This document shows, piece after piece, positions 37,173-47,226 of a stretch of DNA of 64,000 nt. Source of the stretch: Peptostreptococcales bacterium. GTDB taxonomy: Bacteria; Bacillota; Clostridia; Peptostreptococcales; Acidaminobacteraceae. The first letter of the stretch is position 1; every line of letters begins with the position of its first letter. The translations under genes and the position numbers were made by a program. The notes beneath the pieces are model-generated. The model did not search any database and was not told the origin of the DNA. It saw only the letters and a list, made by a program, of their open reading frames with translations. The stretch spans positions 44,728-108,727 of the forward strand of contig JBBRVO010000001.1 in the NCBI GenBank assembly GCA_038246775.1, in the 5' to 3' direction.

Positions 37173-39335
37173 ATGAAAAAGAAAATATATATGGTTGTAT
37201 TGTTGATAAGCATCCTTGCAACAGGTGTGCTGTTATATGGAAGAATTAATGTCGAAAGTCAATCAAAGAGCGTTGAAATTTTGGCGGATTACGATGAATT
37301 TACCATCATGGCATCTCAACAGGGACTTTCTGAGATTGAAATGTTTAAATTACTTAAAGATGCAGGGGTTTCAGGCGTAGCCTTAAAGGAAGAATCTCTT
37401 TTTAGTATGGTTAATGAGATGAAGCCACTTCAGTACGATTTATTTAAGACGGTTTTAAACAATTTGGATTGGAGAGACAACTATGGTGCGGAGGCCGTTT
37501 CATTTTTAGAAAAGGATGATATAAACCCATACAACATCGTTATACGCACAAAAGATCAAGACGTGTTTGAATTTCTAAAGAGCGGAATCACGGCGAGATA
37601 TGATGAAGCCTTTTACAAATTCTTTGATGAATCAATCAATACGATTGTCCTTCAAGGGGACATTAAAGATATTTATTATACAGAAAGTGCAAAATATACA
37701 GACTACTTGGCAAAGGGCATAAAATTGCCTAGACAAATCGTTTCTTCATCTATAGAAGACATCGGTCTGGGATTTGATTCGGTAAAAGTAAAACAAATCA
37801 AAGAGGCTGGTTTATCAGTTAATTTAAGACCGAGCAATTTCGATAAATATAATTCAAAATTGGTGGATGCCTATTTCGCAGACGTTAAAAGATTTGGTGA
37901 GACGCCAAATGTATTGATATTCAACGGTAGTGAAATTATGAGTTATAACGCTGAAAAAGGCACTTACGATCAGAAACTCTATGATAGTCTCAAAGAATCA
38001 GGTATTCCAATCGGTATGGTAGAAGCCGCCGATCAACTTGGCTTTATCGAACAAAAGGGTGTCGATGTCCTTGCTAAAGACCTTGAATATAATGTTGTCA
38101 GAGTATTTCCGATGATTGAGTATATCCAGCAACGTTACAATTACCTCGGCTATTATGAGGGTGGTAAAGAAATAGAAAATACGATGTATCGTGCTATTAC
38201 GGAACGCAATATTCGCGAAATATATTTCAGACCTTATAAGGACAGCAAATTCACTTATTATACAGATTTAAATGAATACAAGAAAACATTCTCTGGACTT
38301 GAAAAAAGACTTGAAGCACATAACATCACACTTGGAAAACCAAGCGTCATTCCATTCAACCACACATCGATATACATGCGAATGTTATCTAGTTTAGGTC
38401 TTTTGGTACTCGGTTTGATTATCTTGAAGCTCGTCTTCGACATCGCTGAAATATTTGAATGGGTACTCTTCGGTATTGGAACGGTTGGCATTCTAGGCAT
38501 CAATTACGTGGCACCCAATATTAGTATTGAGTTATTTTCCTTTGCAGCTGCGAATATCTTTCCTACGTTGGCAATCATTTTTGTCGTTGAATTTGTCAAA
38601 GATATTTTGTTAAGCAACAAGGTATACACGTTAAAAGGAATCCTTGTTAAAAGCACCACAGGATTGACAATTGCCATTTTGATCTGCATGATTGGCGGTT
38701 TCTACGTCGCCGCCACTATGTCGAGACCTGATTATTTGATAGAAATGAGTTTCTACCGAGGTGTTAAAGCGAGTTTGTTGTTGCCTATGATTTTTTTCGT
38801 TGTCATCTACCTCATAAAATTGGGGTATAAACGCAACCCACGTGAACTCGAAGGAAATACTTTCTTTGTTGAAGATATTAAGCGCTTCCTCTTTGAAGAT
38901 GTTAAAATGTACTATGCCTTAGTAGCCGTTTTACTTGGTGGCATTTTATATGTTTATATTGCAAGATCAGGCCATGAAACAAATATTGAAGTGCTGAATA
39001 TTGAACTGATTTTTAGAAATTTCCTTGAAGACATTTTCTTGGCAAGGCCAAGAACAAAAGAGATATTTATCGCATTTCCTGCATTGAGTGCAGCGATTTA
39101 CTTTGCAGCTAGGGGCTACAATAAAATGTTATTCCCACTTCTATTTGCATCAGTCATAGGATTGACCTCTATCGTGAATACGTATTGCCATTCGAGAGCA
39201 CCAATTTATTTATCATTTAGCAGAACGATAATCGGCTTGGCGTTCTCAATCGTAATTGGCCTTGTGGTTGTTGTGATTTTAGATTTTTTAAATAAATTTT
39301 ACGTGTCACATTTTGGGAGTAAAAAATATGAATAA
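37173..39335 (+). CDS. DUF5693-family membrane protein (large extracellular domain plus about 10 TM helices)
   Basis: RAITERNIR.IYFRP, FRGVK-like YRGVKASL, RPRTKEIF and SIVNTYCH.RAP motifs. Lies directly upstream of csaB. Confidence 0.8.
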   Translation: MKKKIYMVVLLISILATGVLLYGRINVESQSKSVEILADYDEFTIMASQQGLSEIEMFKLLKDAGVSGVALKEESLFSMVNEMKPLQYDLFKTVLNNLDWRDNYGAEAVSFLEKDDINPYNIVIRTKDQDVFEFLKSGITARYDEAFYKFFDESINTIVLQGDIKDIYYTESAKYTDYLAKGIKLPRQIVSSSIEDIGLGFDSVKVKQIKEAGLSVNLRPSNFDKYNSKLVDAYFADVKRFGETPNVLIFNGSEIMSYNAEKGTYDQKLYDSLKESGIPIGMVEAADQLGFIEQKGVDVLAKDLEYNVVRVFPMIEYIQQRYNYLGYYEGGKEIENTMYRAITERNIREIYFRPYKDSKFTYYTDLNEYKKTFSGLEKRLEAHNITLGKPSVIPFNHTSIYMRMLSSLGLLVLGLIILKLVFDIAEIFEWVLFGIGTVGILGINYVAPNISIELFSFAAANIFPTLAIIFVVEFVKDILLSNKVYTLKGILVKSTTGLTIAILICMIGGFYVAATMSRPDYLIEMSFYRGVKASLLLPMIFFVVIYLIKLGYKRNPRELEGNTFFVEDIKRFLFEDVKMYYALVAVLLGGILYVYIARSGHETNIEVLNIELIFRNFLEDIFLARPRTKEIFIAFPALSAAIYFAARGYNKMLFPLLFASVIGLTSIVNTYCHSRAPIYLSFSRTIIGLAFSIVIGLVVVVILDFLNKFYVSHFGSKKYE

Positions 39336-40413
39336 AGTAGTCATTTCTGGATTCTATGGGTTTCATAACATCGGCGATGAAGCAATCTTGAAAACTTTGA
39401 CCGACCAGCTCAGAAAGCTTGATTCAGAAATTCAAATCACCGTGTTATCGCATAATCCGGAAGAAACGATGTCGAAATTTGACGTCATTGCTGTTAAACG
39501 CAACGATATTATCAAAGTTTTTTCTGCAATCAAAAATGCCGATATTCTCCTTAGTGGTGGTGGAAGTCTGCTCCAAGACGATACGAGTGCGAGAAGCATT
39601 CACTATTATTTGACGATTATCCAAATGGGATTATTTTTAAAGAAACATGTATTTTGCATAAGCAACGGAATTGGCCCAATCATTCGCGAAAGCAATAAAA
39701 AACAAGTCGCCCGTGTTCTAAATAAAGTGGGACATACGACTGTGCGTGATTTTAACTCTCAAAAATTGTTGTTGGAGATTGGAGTTAAACCAGAAAAAGT
39801 GTCCGTTTCAGCAGATATGGTCATCGCAATGACTATGCAGTCACCTGAAATCGGATTGAAGATAATCAAAGAAGTGGGCATTGTGGATCGCGAGCGCAAG
39901 TTACTAGGAATCGCCATTAGGCAAAAGGATTTTAGGACACCTGAAAAACGCGACCAACTCATCGAACTTGCAAACAGACTTTCTAAAAACTATTCGGTAC
40001 TGTTTATCCCCTTCTATTATAAAAACGATACTAAAATCTACGATGACATTCACGCATATGTTAATGACCATGTTTATTTCATTAAAGAGAAATACAATAC
40101 GGATGCATTTATGAGTTTGCTAGAAAATTTAGATATGCTTATTGGATCAAGATTGCATTCTTTGATTTTTTCGCTCGTTGCTGAGGTGCCTTTCATAGGC
40201 ATTAGCTACGACCCTAAAATTGAAAATTTTATGGACATGATTGGGATGCAACCGGTTTGCTCAATGGACAACTTCAATCCAGATAAATTGTTGAAGGCTG
40301 TAGTAGAACTTGATACGGATTATGTTGAACGCAAAATTGCGATTGTTGAAGCAAAACACTTGTTAAAAAAACGACTACTGATTAATGATGAGATGTTAAA
40401 AAAGGTACTTTGA
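39328..40413 (+). CDS. csaB: Polysaccharide pyruvyl transferase CsaB
   Basis: ISGFYGFHNIGDEAIL, SGGGSLLQD.TS.RS..YY, TVRD, RLHSLI and ISYDPKI. Confidence 0.92.
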   Translation: MNKVVISGFYGFHNIGDEAILKTLTDQLRKLDSEIQITVLSHNPEETMSKFDVIAVKRNDIIKVFSAIKNADILLSGGGSLLQDDTSARSIHYYLTIIQMGLFLKKHVFCISNGIGPIIRESNKKQVARVLNKVGHTTVRDFNSQKLLLEIGVKPEKVSVSADMVIAMTMQSPEIGLKIIKEVGIVDRERKLLGIAIRQKDFRTPEKRDQLIELANRLSKNYSVLFIPFYYKNDTKIYDDIHAYVNDHVYFIKEKYNTDAFMSLLENLDMLIGSRLHSLIFSLVAEVPFIGISYDPKIENFMDMIGMQPVCSMDNFNPDKLLKAVVELDTDYVERKIAIVEAKHLLKKRLLINDEMLKKVL

Positions 40414-40423
40414 TGGAGGCAAT

Positions 40424-41173
40424 ATGGCGCATGAAAAAGCCGTGAAAGCAGTTAAGATATTTGGCGTGAGATTTGACAACGTAGATGCTGAAGAAGCGAA
40501 CAAACAATTTATTGCGCTAATGGGTAGCGACAAGCTTGGCGTGATTTATACACCCAACACTGAAATCATCATGAAAGCACAAGATGATCCTGAATTCAAA
40601 GCAATATTGAACGAAGGGGATCTCGTCATACCAGATGGCATCGGTGTTGTTCTCGCTTCGAAGATTCACCATTTGGGTTTGACGGAGCGCGTACCAGGCA
40701 TTGAGCTCATGACGATGATGCTTGAATATTGCAACAGAACGGGAAAATCGATTTATTTGTTTGGTGGCCAACCCAAAGTCGCAGAGATGGCAGCTGTAAC
40801 GATTAAGAAGGCTTATCCAAATTTAAAAATAGCGGGTACGCGTGACGGTTTTTTTGAAAACAACCAAGACATTCATATCCTTGATGAGATCAACGGAAAA
40901 AAGCCCGATATCCTTTTTGTTGCATTAGGTGCGCCTAAACAAGAGAAATGGATCAGCAAATATAAAAAAACCATCAATGCAAAGGTTGCTATGGGTGTTG
41001 GCGGTTCGTTAGACGTTTGGGCTGGAACCGCTAAACGTGCGCCAGTGTTTTTTCAAAAAACTGGATTGGAATGGTTTTATAGATTTTTAAAGCAACCGAC
41101 GCGTATCATGCGGATGATGTCGTTGCCGAAGTTTATGATTAAAGTGATTCTGACAAAACAAATAGAAAATTAA
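40424..41173 (+). CDS. tagA: WecB/TagA/CpsF-family glycosyltransferase (ManNAc transferase)
   Basis: YTPNTE, PDGIGVV, ERVPGIEL, ALGAPKQEKW, GVGGSLDV and EWFYR. Confidence 0.9.
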   Translation: MAHEKAVKAVKIFGVRFDNVDAEEANKQFIALMGSDKLGVIYTPNTEIIMKAQDDPEFKAILNEGDLVIPDGIGVVLASKIHHLGLTERVPGIELMTMMLEYCNRTGKSIYLFGGQPKVAEMAAVTIKKAYPNLKIAGTRDGFFENNQDIHILDEINGKKPDILFVALGAPKQEKWISKYKKTINAKVAMGVGGSLDVWAGTAKRAPVFFQKTGLEWFYRFLKQPTRIMRMMSLPKFMIKVILTKQIEN

Positions 41174-41191
41174 TAGCTGGAGGAAATCGTT

Positions 41192-42343
41192 ATGGAAAAC
41201 CAAAGCATGGGTGATTTGTTGGCTCAATACGGGTCGACTGAAAGATTGTATACAGGTGACGTGGTTGAAGGCGTTGTCATCTCTTCAAATTCAGACGAAG
41301 TAATGGTTAATATCAACTATATGGCAGATGGCATCTTGCCGAAGGCCGAACTCCTCGAAAACAATCCGCTTGATTTTCATGAAGGGAATCAAGTAAAAGT
41401 ATTCATCTTAAAATTGGATGATGGAGATGGCAATGTGCTATTGTCTCTCAAAAAAGCGTATGAACTTATCATTTGGGATGAATTTCAAACGCTTTATGAG
41501 ACACATAAGACATTTAATGTCAAAGTTAAAGAAGCTGTAAAGGGTGGCGTTGTTGCACACTTCAAAGGTTTTCCAGTATTTATACCAGCTTCACAAGTGT
41601 CATTAGCCTTCGTTGAGGATTTAACACCTTATGTTGGAATGACACTTGAAATCGAACTGACAGAATATAACGCCGATAAGAAAAAAGTTGTCGGTTCTCA
41701 TAAAAACCTTCTCAAGAAGAAGTTGGCCGTCAAAAAAGCAGAGTCACTTTCGCGCGTATCGAGTGGCGATGCGTTAGAAGGCACAGTTGTAAGACTTGCG
41801 GATTATGGCGCCTTTGTCAATATAGGTGATATGGATGGTTTGATTCACATCTCGCAAATGTCTTGGAAGCACATCAAGCATCCATCTGAAGTTTTGTCGG
41901 TTGGAGACGTTGTGAAAGTGGTTGTACTCTCTGTAGATCGCGATAAGGAAAAAGTGTCGCTCAAACTAGCTGAAATCAAAGAAAACCCATGGGAAACACT
42001 TTCTGAGCGGTATGCGATTAATGAGGTTGTTACTGGAAAAGTGACACGGTTGATGAATTTCGGGGCATTCGTTGAAATTGAAGACGGTGTTGAAGGTTTG
42101 GTACATATCTCTGAACTCGCCGAGCAACATGTCATGCGACCACAAGAAATCGTACAGGTTGGTGATAGCGTTGAAGTGATGATTCTAGATATGATTCTTG
42201 AATCTCAAAAGCTGTCACTCAGTTTAAAAGCAGCTTCAGCACTTGGCGACGTGACCTATGACGACTATACTGAAGAAATCCCAGAAAAACAGACGACCTT
42301 GTCTGATTTGTTTGGTGACAAACTTAAGAATTTGAAATTTTAA
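41192..42343 (+). CDS. Four-S1-domain RNA-binding protein (30S ribosomal protein S1 homolog)
   Basis: Repeated S1 motifs (GVV, GTVVRLADYGAFV..DGLIHISQ, GKVTRLMNFGAFVE..EGLVHISE). Confidence 0.88.
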   Translation: MENQSMGDLLAQYGSTERLYTGDVVEGVVISSNSDEVMVNINYMADGILPKAELLENNPLDFHEGNQVKVFILKLDDGDGNVLLSLKKAYELIIWDEFQTLYETHKTFNVKVKEAVKGGVVAHFKGFPVFIPASQVSLAFVEDLTPYVGMTLEIELTEYNADKKKVVGSHKNLLKKKLAVKKAESLSRVSSGDALEGTVVRLADYGAFVNIGDMDGLIHISQMSWKHIKHPSEVLSVGDVVKVVVLSVDRDKEKVSLKLAEIKENPWETLSERYAINEVVTGKVTRLMNFGAFVEIEDGVEGLVHISELAEQHVMRPQEIVQVGDSVEVMILDMILESQKLSLSLKAASALGDVTYDDYTEEIPEKQTTLSDLFGDKLKNLKF

Positions 42344-42364
42344 TGACGGATAGTAAATACAAGC

Positions 42365-42400
42365 GGCATGTTTCCATTTTGGGAACATGCCACTTTTTTT
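42365..42400 (+). terminator. Intrinsic terminator
   Basis: Stem ggcatgtttcc / gggaacatgcc plus a T run. Confidence 0.85.
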
Positions 42401-42477
42401 GTTTTATGACCTACAAATAAGGGTATTATAACCATTAGAATTATTATGATGAAATAGTTAAATCTTGGAGGCCCCTA

Positions 42478-44910
42478 ATGGAAAATTTAAAATTAAAACC
42501 GGAGCAACTTACAAGTAGATGCGATCTTAACCAATTTGAGTTTAATACGACGGAAGAATTAGTCCCGTTAAGAGGAATCATTGGTCAAGAACGCGCTAAA
42601 AAATCGCTTGAATTTGGACTTAGCGTCACCAAAAAAGGATACAATATCTATGTTTCTGGTCAATGGGGTACTGGAAGAAATAGCTTCGTCAATATGCTCA
42701 CGGAAGAGCAGGCCATTAAACGCATTGCACCAAACGATTGGCTATATGTCAACAATTTCAAGGATCCATATCATCCTATAGCGATCAAAGTCAACTCTGG
42801 ACAAGGTAAGAATATTATCAAGCAGGTTGAACGCGCCATCAGGTTTCTCAGACGCGGCATTATCGAGATATTTTCAAGTCGAGATTATGAAAATGCCAAA
42901 CAAAAGCTCGTCGAAGCGTATAACCTGAAATCAAACAGCATCGTCGAACGACTCAATGAACTCGGAAAAAAATACGGTTTCATGTTCTCTTTGACAGAAA
43001 AAGGCATCGTCAGTATTCCTTTAAAAGACGGTGAGCCGATGAACGAGGAATCGTATAAGAACATTTCCCAAAAGGAATATGAAGGGTTGATGGCGAATTC
43101 TCAAAAACTCAGCTTAGAAACCATAGATCTTTTTAATAAACTGCGTATGGAAGAAGAGAGCTTGCGCATGAGACTAAAGAGCCTTGATGAACAAATGGGA
43201 AGACATCTCGTCAAATTCCATCTGGAGAGTATCAAAGATAAAAACAAGGAAAACGAAGAAATCAAAAGGTATATCGATTTACTTGAAGATGATATTGTCG
43301 AAAACTTAGAAAACTTCAAAGAAGAAGAAGAAGTAGATGATGAGGCAAACCCTCTGGCGATGCTGACTTCTGTACAGCACAATCCGGAAGCTTTCTTCGA
43401 AAGATATAGAATCAATTTGTTCGTAGATAACAGTACAGTCAAAAGCGCGCCAGTTGTTTTTGAATCGAACCCGACCTATTACAATTTAGCTGGCAGTATC
43501 GAATATCAAAATGAAATGGGTGTTATGAAAACAGACTTTACGATGATTAAGCCAGGTGCACTGCACAGGGCAAATGGTGGTTATCTGATACTTCTTGCAA
43601 AAGATATCTTGAGCAATCCATATTCATGGAAGAGTTTAAAACGCAGCCTACTCGATGATGCGGTCACCATTGACAGTCGTGCGGCAAATACCGGGGCTTT
43701 AGTCTCGCAAACGATTAAACCGGAACCAATCCCTATTGACGTTAAAGTCATTATTATCGGCGATTATTATACGTACTCTATACTGACCGCCTATGATGAA
43801 GAGTTTCAAAAGTTGTTCAAAGTCATGGTGGACTTCGACGACGAAATGGAACGCAATAAAGAAAACATCGACAAATTCGCGAGATTCGTATCAACAAAAT
43901 GTCAAACGGAGGGTTTGAGTCATTTCTCTGCCGATGCCGTCGCCTTGCTTGTGGAGCATGCCACACGATTGGCGGACGATCAAAATAGATTGACTGCGCA
44001 TCTGAAAACGTTAGGTGATATCATAATCGAAGCGGATGCATGGGCCAATTACTATAAAGAAGGTGTTGTTACAAAAGAACACGTAATTAAAGCGCTCGAA
44101 GAGCGAAAACTTAGGACCAATAAATATGAAGAAAATACTTTGGATTTATTCAAGGAAGGTATTTACTTGATAGACGTTAACGGATTCAAAATTGGAGAAA
44201 TAAATGGATTAGCTGTATTGGGCACCGGCCAATACAGTTTTGGAAAACCTTCAAAAATAACCGTTTCAACCTACAAAGGTCGTCAAGGTATCATCAATAT
44301 TGAACGAGAAGCACGTACGAGTGGTAAGATACACGACAAAGGCGTCATGATCTTAACCGGATTCTTAGGCCGCATGTTTGCACAAGACAAACCACTTGCA
44401 TTAACAGCTAGTATCGTCTTTGAGCAATTGTATTCGGGTGTAGATGGCGATAGTGCTTCTAGTACGGAACTCTACGCTTTGATCTCCGATCTATCGGGTG
44501 TTCCAATCAATCAATCCATTGCCGTTACGGGATCCGTCAATCAACGCGGCAATATCCAACCCATTGGCGGCGTCAACGAAAAGATCGAGGGCTATTTCAA
44601 AGTTTGTAAATTGAAAGGGTTCAATAACGAACAAGGCGTCATCATTCCGATTCAAAATGTAAAAAACCTCATGCTTGAGCAAGAGGTCGTGGATGCTGTG
44701 AGAAAAGGTACTTTTCATATCTGGGCGATATCACATGTCGATGAAGGTTTAGAGATCTTAACAGGTAGAAAAACAGGCAAACGCACTAAGGATGGAAGTT
44801 TTGAAAAAGGGACGATTTACTACCTAGTTGACCAAAGGCTACAACATTTTGCTAAAGAACCTAAAACTAAATCTGCTCAGGATAAAAAGCCTTTAACCCC
44901 TTCTCAGTAA
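42478..44910 (+). CDS. LonC/archaeal-type Lon-like protease (AAA_32 plus S16 protease domain)
   Basis: IIGQERA, KPGALHRANGGYL, catalytic DGDSAS and GGVNEKIEG. Walker A is degenerate (GQWGTGRN). Confidence 0.88.
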   Translation: MENLKLKPEQLTSRCDLNQFEFNTTEELVPLRGIIGQERAKKSLEFGLSVTKKGYNIYVSGQWGTGRNSFVNMLTEEQAIKRIAPNDWLYVNNFKDPYHPIAIKVNSGQGKNIIKQVERAIRFLRRGIIEIFSSRDYENAKQKLVEAYNLKSNSIVERLNELGKKYGFMFSLTEKGIVSIPLKDGEPMNEESYKNISQKEYEGLMANSQKLSLETIDLFNKLRMEEESLRMRLKSLDEQMGRHLVKFHLESIKDKNKENEEIKRYIDLLEDDIVENLENFKEEEEVDDEANPLAMLTSVQHNPEAFFERYRINLFVDNSTVKSAPVVFESNPTYYNLAGSIEYQNEMGVMKTDFTMIKPGALHRANGGYLILLAKDILSNPYSWKSLKRSLLDDAVTIDSRAANTGALVSQTIKPEPIPIDVKVIIIGDYYTYSILTAYDEEFQKLFKVMVDFDDEMERNKENIDKFARFVSTKCQTEGLSHFSADAVALLVEHATRLADDQNRLTAHLKTLGDIIIEADAWANYYKEGVVTKEHVIKALEERKLRTNKYEENTLDLFKEGIYLIDVNGFKIGEINGLAVLGTGQYSFGKPSKITVSTYKGRQGIINIEREARTSGKIHDKGVMILTGFLGRMFAQDKPLALTASIVFEQLYSGVDGDSASSTELYALISDLSGVPINQSIAVTGSVNQRGNIQPIGGVNEKIEGYFKVCKLKGFNNEQGVIIPIQNVKNLMLEQEVVDAVRKGTFHIWAISHVDEGLEILTGRKTGKRTKDGSFEKGTIYYLVDQRLQHFAKEPKTKSAQDKKPLTPSQ

Positions 44911-45457
44911 TGATGTGGGTGATTGGGTAGTCATAGTGCTCGACTGGCAATGCCTCAACACACTGAAGATCAAAGGCGATTCCTATTTTGGGAATCGCTT
45001 TTTCTATTCTATTAAAGAAACGATCGTAGAAGCCGCCGCCATAGCCTAGTCTATAACCTTTGACATCAAAAGCGACACCAGGGGTAAGCACACAATCAAT
45101 TTGAAGGTCATCAAACAATACATGTACTTCGGGATTTGGTTCTAAAATGCCGAATGTGTTGCGTTCAAGTGCCGATAAATCTTTAACTAGATAAAACTGC
45201 ATCTCTTTGGTCAAAGGTGTAATATAAGGTAAAAGCAGGTTTCTACCAGAATCAATGATCGATTGATTGATGGCTGTCATAGAAATTTCATCTCTGAAAT
45301 CCACAAAGGATGAAATGTTTTTTGCATTATTATATAGATTAAAATGCTTCAAGATATCAAATATGGTAGATTCCGCTTCAAGTCTTTCTTTAGGGGTTAA
45401 CTGTGATCTAAGTGCCATAATATGTTTTCTAAAAGTTTTTTTATCCATTTCATTCAC
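44867..45457 (-). CDS. 5-formyltetrahydrofolate cyclo-ligase
   Basis: FGILEP, LTPGVAFD..GYRLGYGGGFYDR and D.PITHIITE. Confidence 0.93.
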   Translation of the reverse strand: MNEMDKKTFRKHIMALRSQLTPKERLEAESTIFDILKHFNLYNNAKNISSFVDFRDEISMTAINQSIIDSGRNLLLPYITPLTKEMQFYLVKDLSALERNTFGILEPNPEVHVLFDDLQIDCVLTPGVAFDVKGYRLGYGGGFYDRFFNRIEKAIPKIGIAFDLQCVEALPVEHYDYPITHIITEKGLKAFYPEQI

Positions 45458-45643
45458 CTCAATGTAATATTTATTTAATAAATATAATCAATTATACTAT
45501 TAAAAATACCAAGAAGTATAGGTATAATAGGAATAGGGTTTACGATAACGCCTGAATTGTTTATAATGATATGGGGTAAAGACATATAGTAAACGTTAAC
45601 AACGCTAATCCTAGAGTCACAATCTGAGAATCGGGAGAAATTT

Positions 45644-46330
45644 ATGATAGAATTTCTAAACGTAACGAAAAAATATGATAATGGCGTAATGGCTTTAAAC
45701 AAAGTCAATGTCAAGATAGAGAAGGGTGAATTTGTGTTTATCGTCGGTCCAAGTGGGGCCGGTAAATCAACTTTCATCAAAGCTGTACTTAAAGAAGTGG
45801 ATATCACCGATGGTAGTGTTATTGTCGATGAACAGGATATAACTGCGCTACATAGGCGCAAAGTGCCTTATTTGAGGCGCAAAGTCGGCGTTGTTTTTCA
45901 AGACTTTAGATTACTACCCAACAAAACGGTATATGAAAACATTGCATTTGCCATGGAGATCCTAGGAACGCCTCATAGAAATATAAGGAAGCAGGTTCCA
46001 ATGATTCTCGCCTTGGTTGGGTTGACCGGCAAAGGCAATTTTTATCCGAACCAACTGTCAGGTGGCGAGCAACAAAGGGTTTCAATAGCCCGATCGATGA
46101 TTAACAACCCACCCATACTGATTGCGGATGAACCGACAGGTAATTTAGATCCCGACACGTCATGGGAAATCATGAAAGTACTTAGAACGATCAACCGACG
46201 TGGCACCACGATTCTCATGGCCACGCACGATAGAGAAATCGTCGATATCATGAAAAAACGCGTCATTGCACTCGAAAATGGACAAGTTGCTAGAGATGAC
46301 AAAATAGGGGTGTATGGCTATGACGATTAA
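45644..46330 (+). CDS. ftsE: Cell division ATP-binding protein FtsE
   Basis: GPSGAGKST, VVFQDFRLL, LSGGEQQR and ADEPTGNLD. Confidence 0.95.
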   Translation: MIEFLNVTKKYDNGVMALNKVNVKIEKGEFVFIVGPSGAGKSTFIKAVLKEVDITDGSVIVDEQDITALHRRKVPYLRRKVGVVFQDFRLLPNKTVYENIAFAMEILGTPHRNIRKQVPMILALVGLTGKGNFYPNQLSGGEQQRVSIARSMINNPPILIADEPTGNLDPDTSWEIMKVLRTINRRGTTILMATHDREIVDIMKKRVIALENGQVARDDKIGVYGYDD

Positions 46331-47213
46331 ACCAATTTTTACATTAAAAGAGGCCTTAAAAAGCCTTTGGCGCAATCGATTGATGAGCATCGCTTCGATA
46401 TCGTCTGTATCTGCAACTCTTATGATTCTCGGCATCATTTTCGCATTGATAATCAATATTAATGCCATGGCTCAATCCGCTAAAGATCAATTTGATTCCA
46501 TTCAAGCGTATCTTGTGGATTCACTACCTGCAGCGGAAATTGACATTATTATGACTAAAATTGAAGCTATAAAAGGTGTCGAAAGTGTCAACTATGAAAG
46601 TAAAAGTGACGCCCTTGCCAACATGAAAGATTCTTGGAAGGACAATGCTTACTTGCTAGAAGGTCTAGAAGAAAATCCTTTACCAAGTTCGGTGATTATT
46701 TACTTGGATGATATTGCTTATTCAGCAGGTGTTCTTGAGGGAATCAAAGGCATCAATGGCATTGAAGAAGTCAAGTCCTATCAAGATATCGTCGAACAAC
46801 TGTTATCTATAACTGAAGCAATCAGAAAAACGGGCATCATCGTCATATTTGTTCTGATTGCCATTTCTACATTTATCATTCACAACACCATTAAGTTAAC
46901 GGTCAATTCTAGACAACGTGAGATTAATATTATGAAGTACGTTGGCGCTACAAACTGGTTCATTAGATGGCCATTTTTAACGGAGGGGACATTGCTCGGA
47001 CTTGTTGGTGCGGGCATTTCGGCACTACTCATGAAATTATCATATGATTATGTCTTTGAACTGATGCACTCAGATTTTTATGTGCTCGTGTCGGCATATG
47101 TCGTGCCTCCGGGCGAGCTCATGCGAGACATTGTATTTTTATTTGTTGTTATAGGCGCCGGGATTGGTGCATTAGGTAGTATTTGGTCAATGAGAAAATA
47201 CCTCAATGTATAG
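46314..47213 (+). CDS. ftsX: Cell division permease FtsX
   Basis: Four TM helices, NPLP.S, I.NTIKLTV.SR..EI.IMKYVGAT.WFIRWPF..EG. An alternative start lies at 46320. Confidence 0.93.
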   Translation: MAMTIKPIFTLKEALKSLWRNRLMSIASISSVSATLMILGIIFALIININAMAQSAKDQFDSIQAYLVDSLPAAEIDIIMTKIEAIKGVESVNYESKSDALANMKDSWKDNAYLLEGLEENPLPSSVIIYLDDIAYSAGVLEGIKGINGIEEVKSYQDIVEQLLSITEAIRKTGIIVIFVLIAISTFIIHNTIKLTVNSRQREINIMKYVGATNWFIRWPFLTEGTLLGLVGAGISALLMKLSYDYVFELMHSDFYVLVSAYVVPPGELMRDIVFLFVVIGAGIGALGSIWSMRKYLNV

Positions 47214-47226
47214 GAGGATGCACGAT

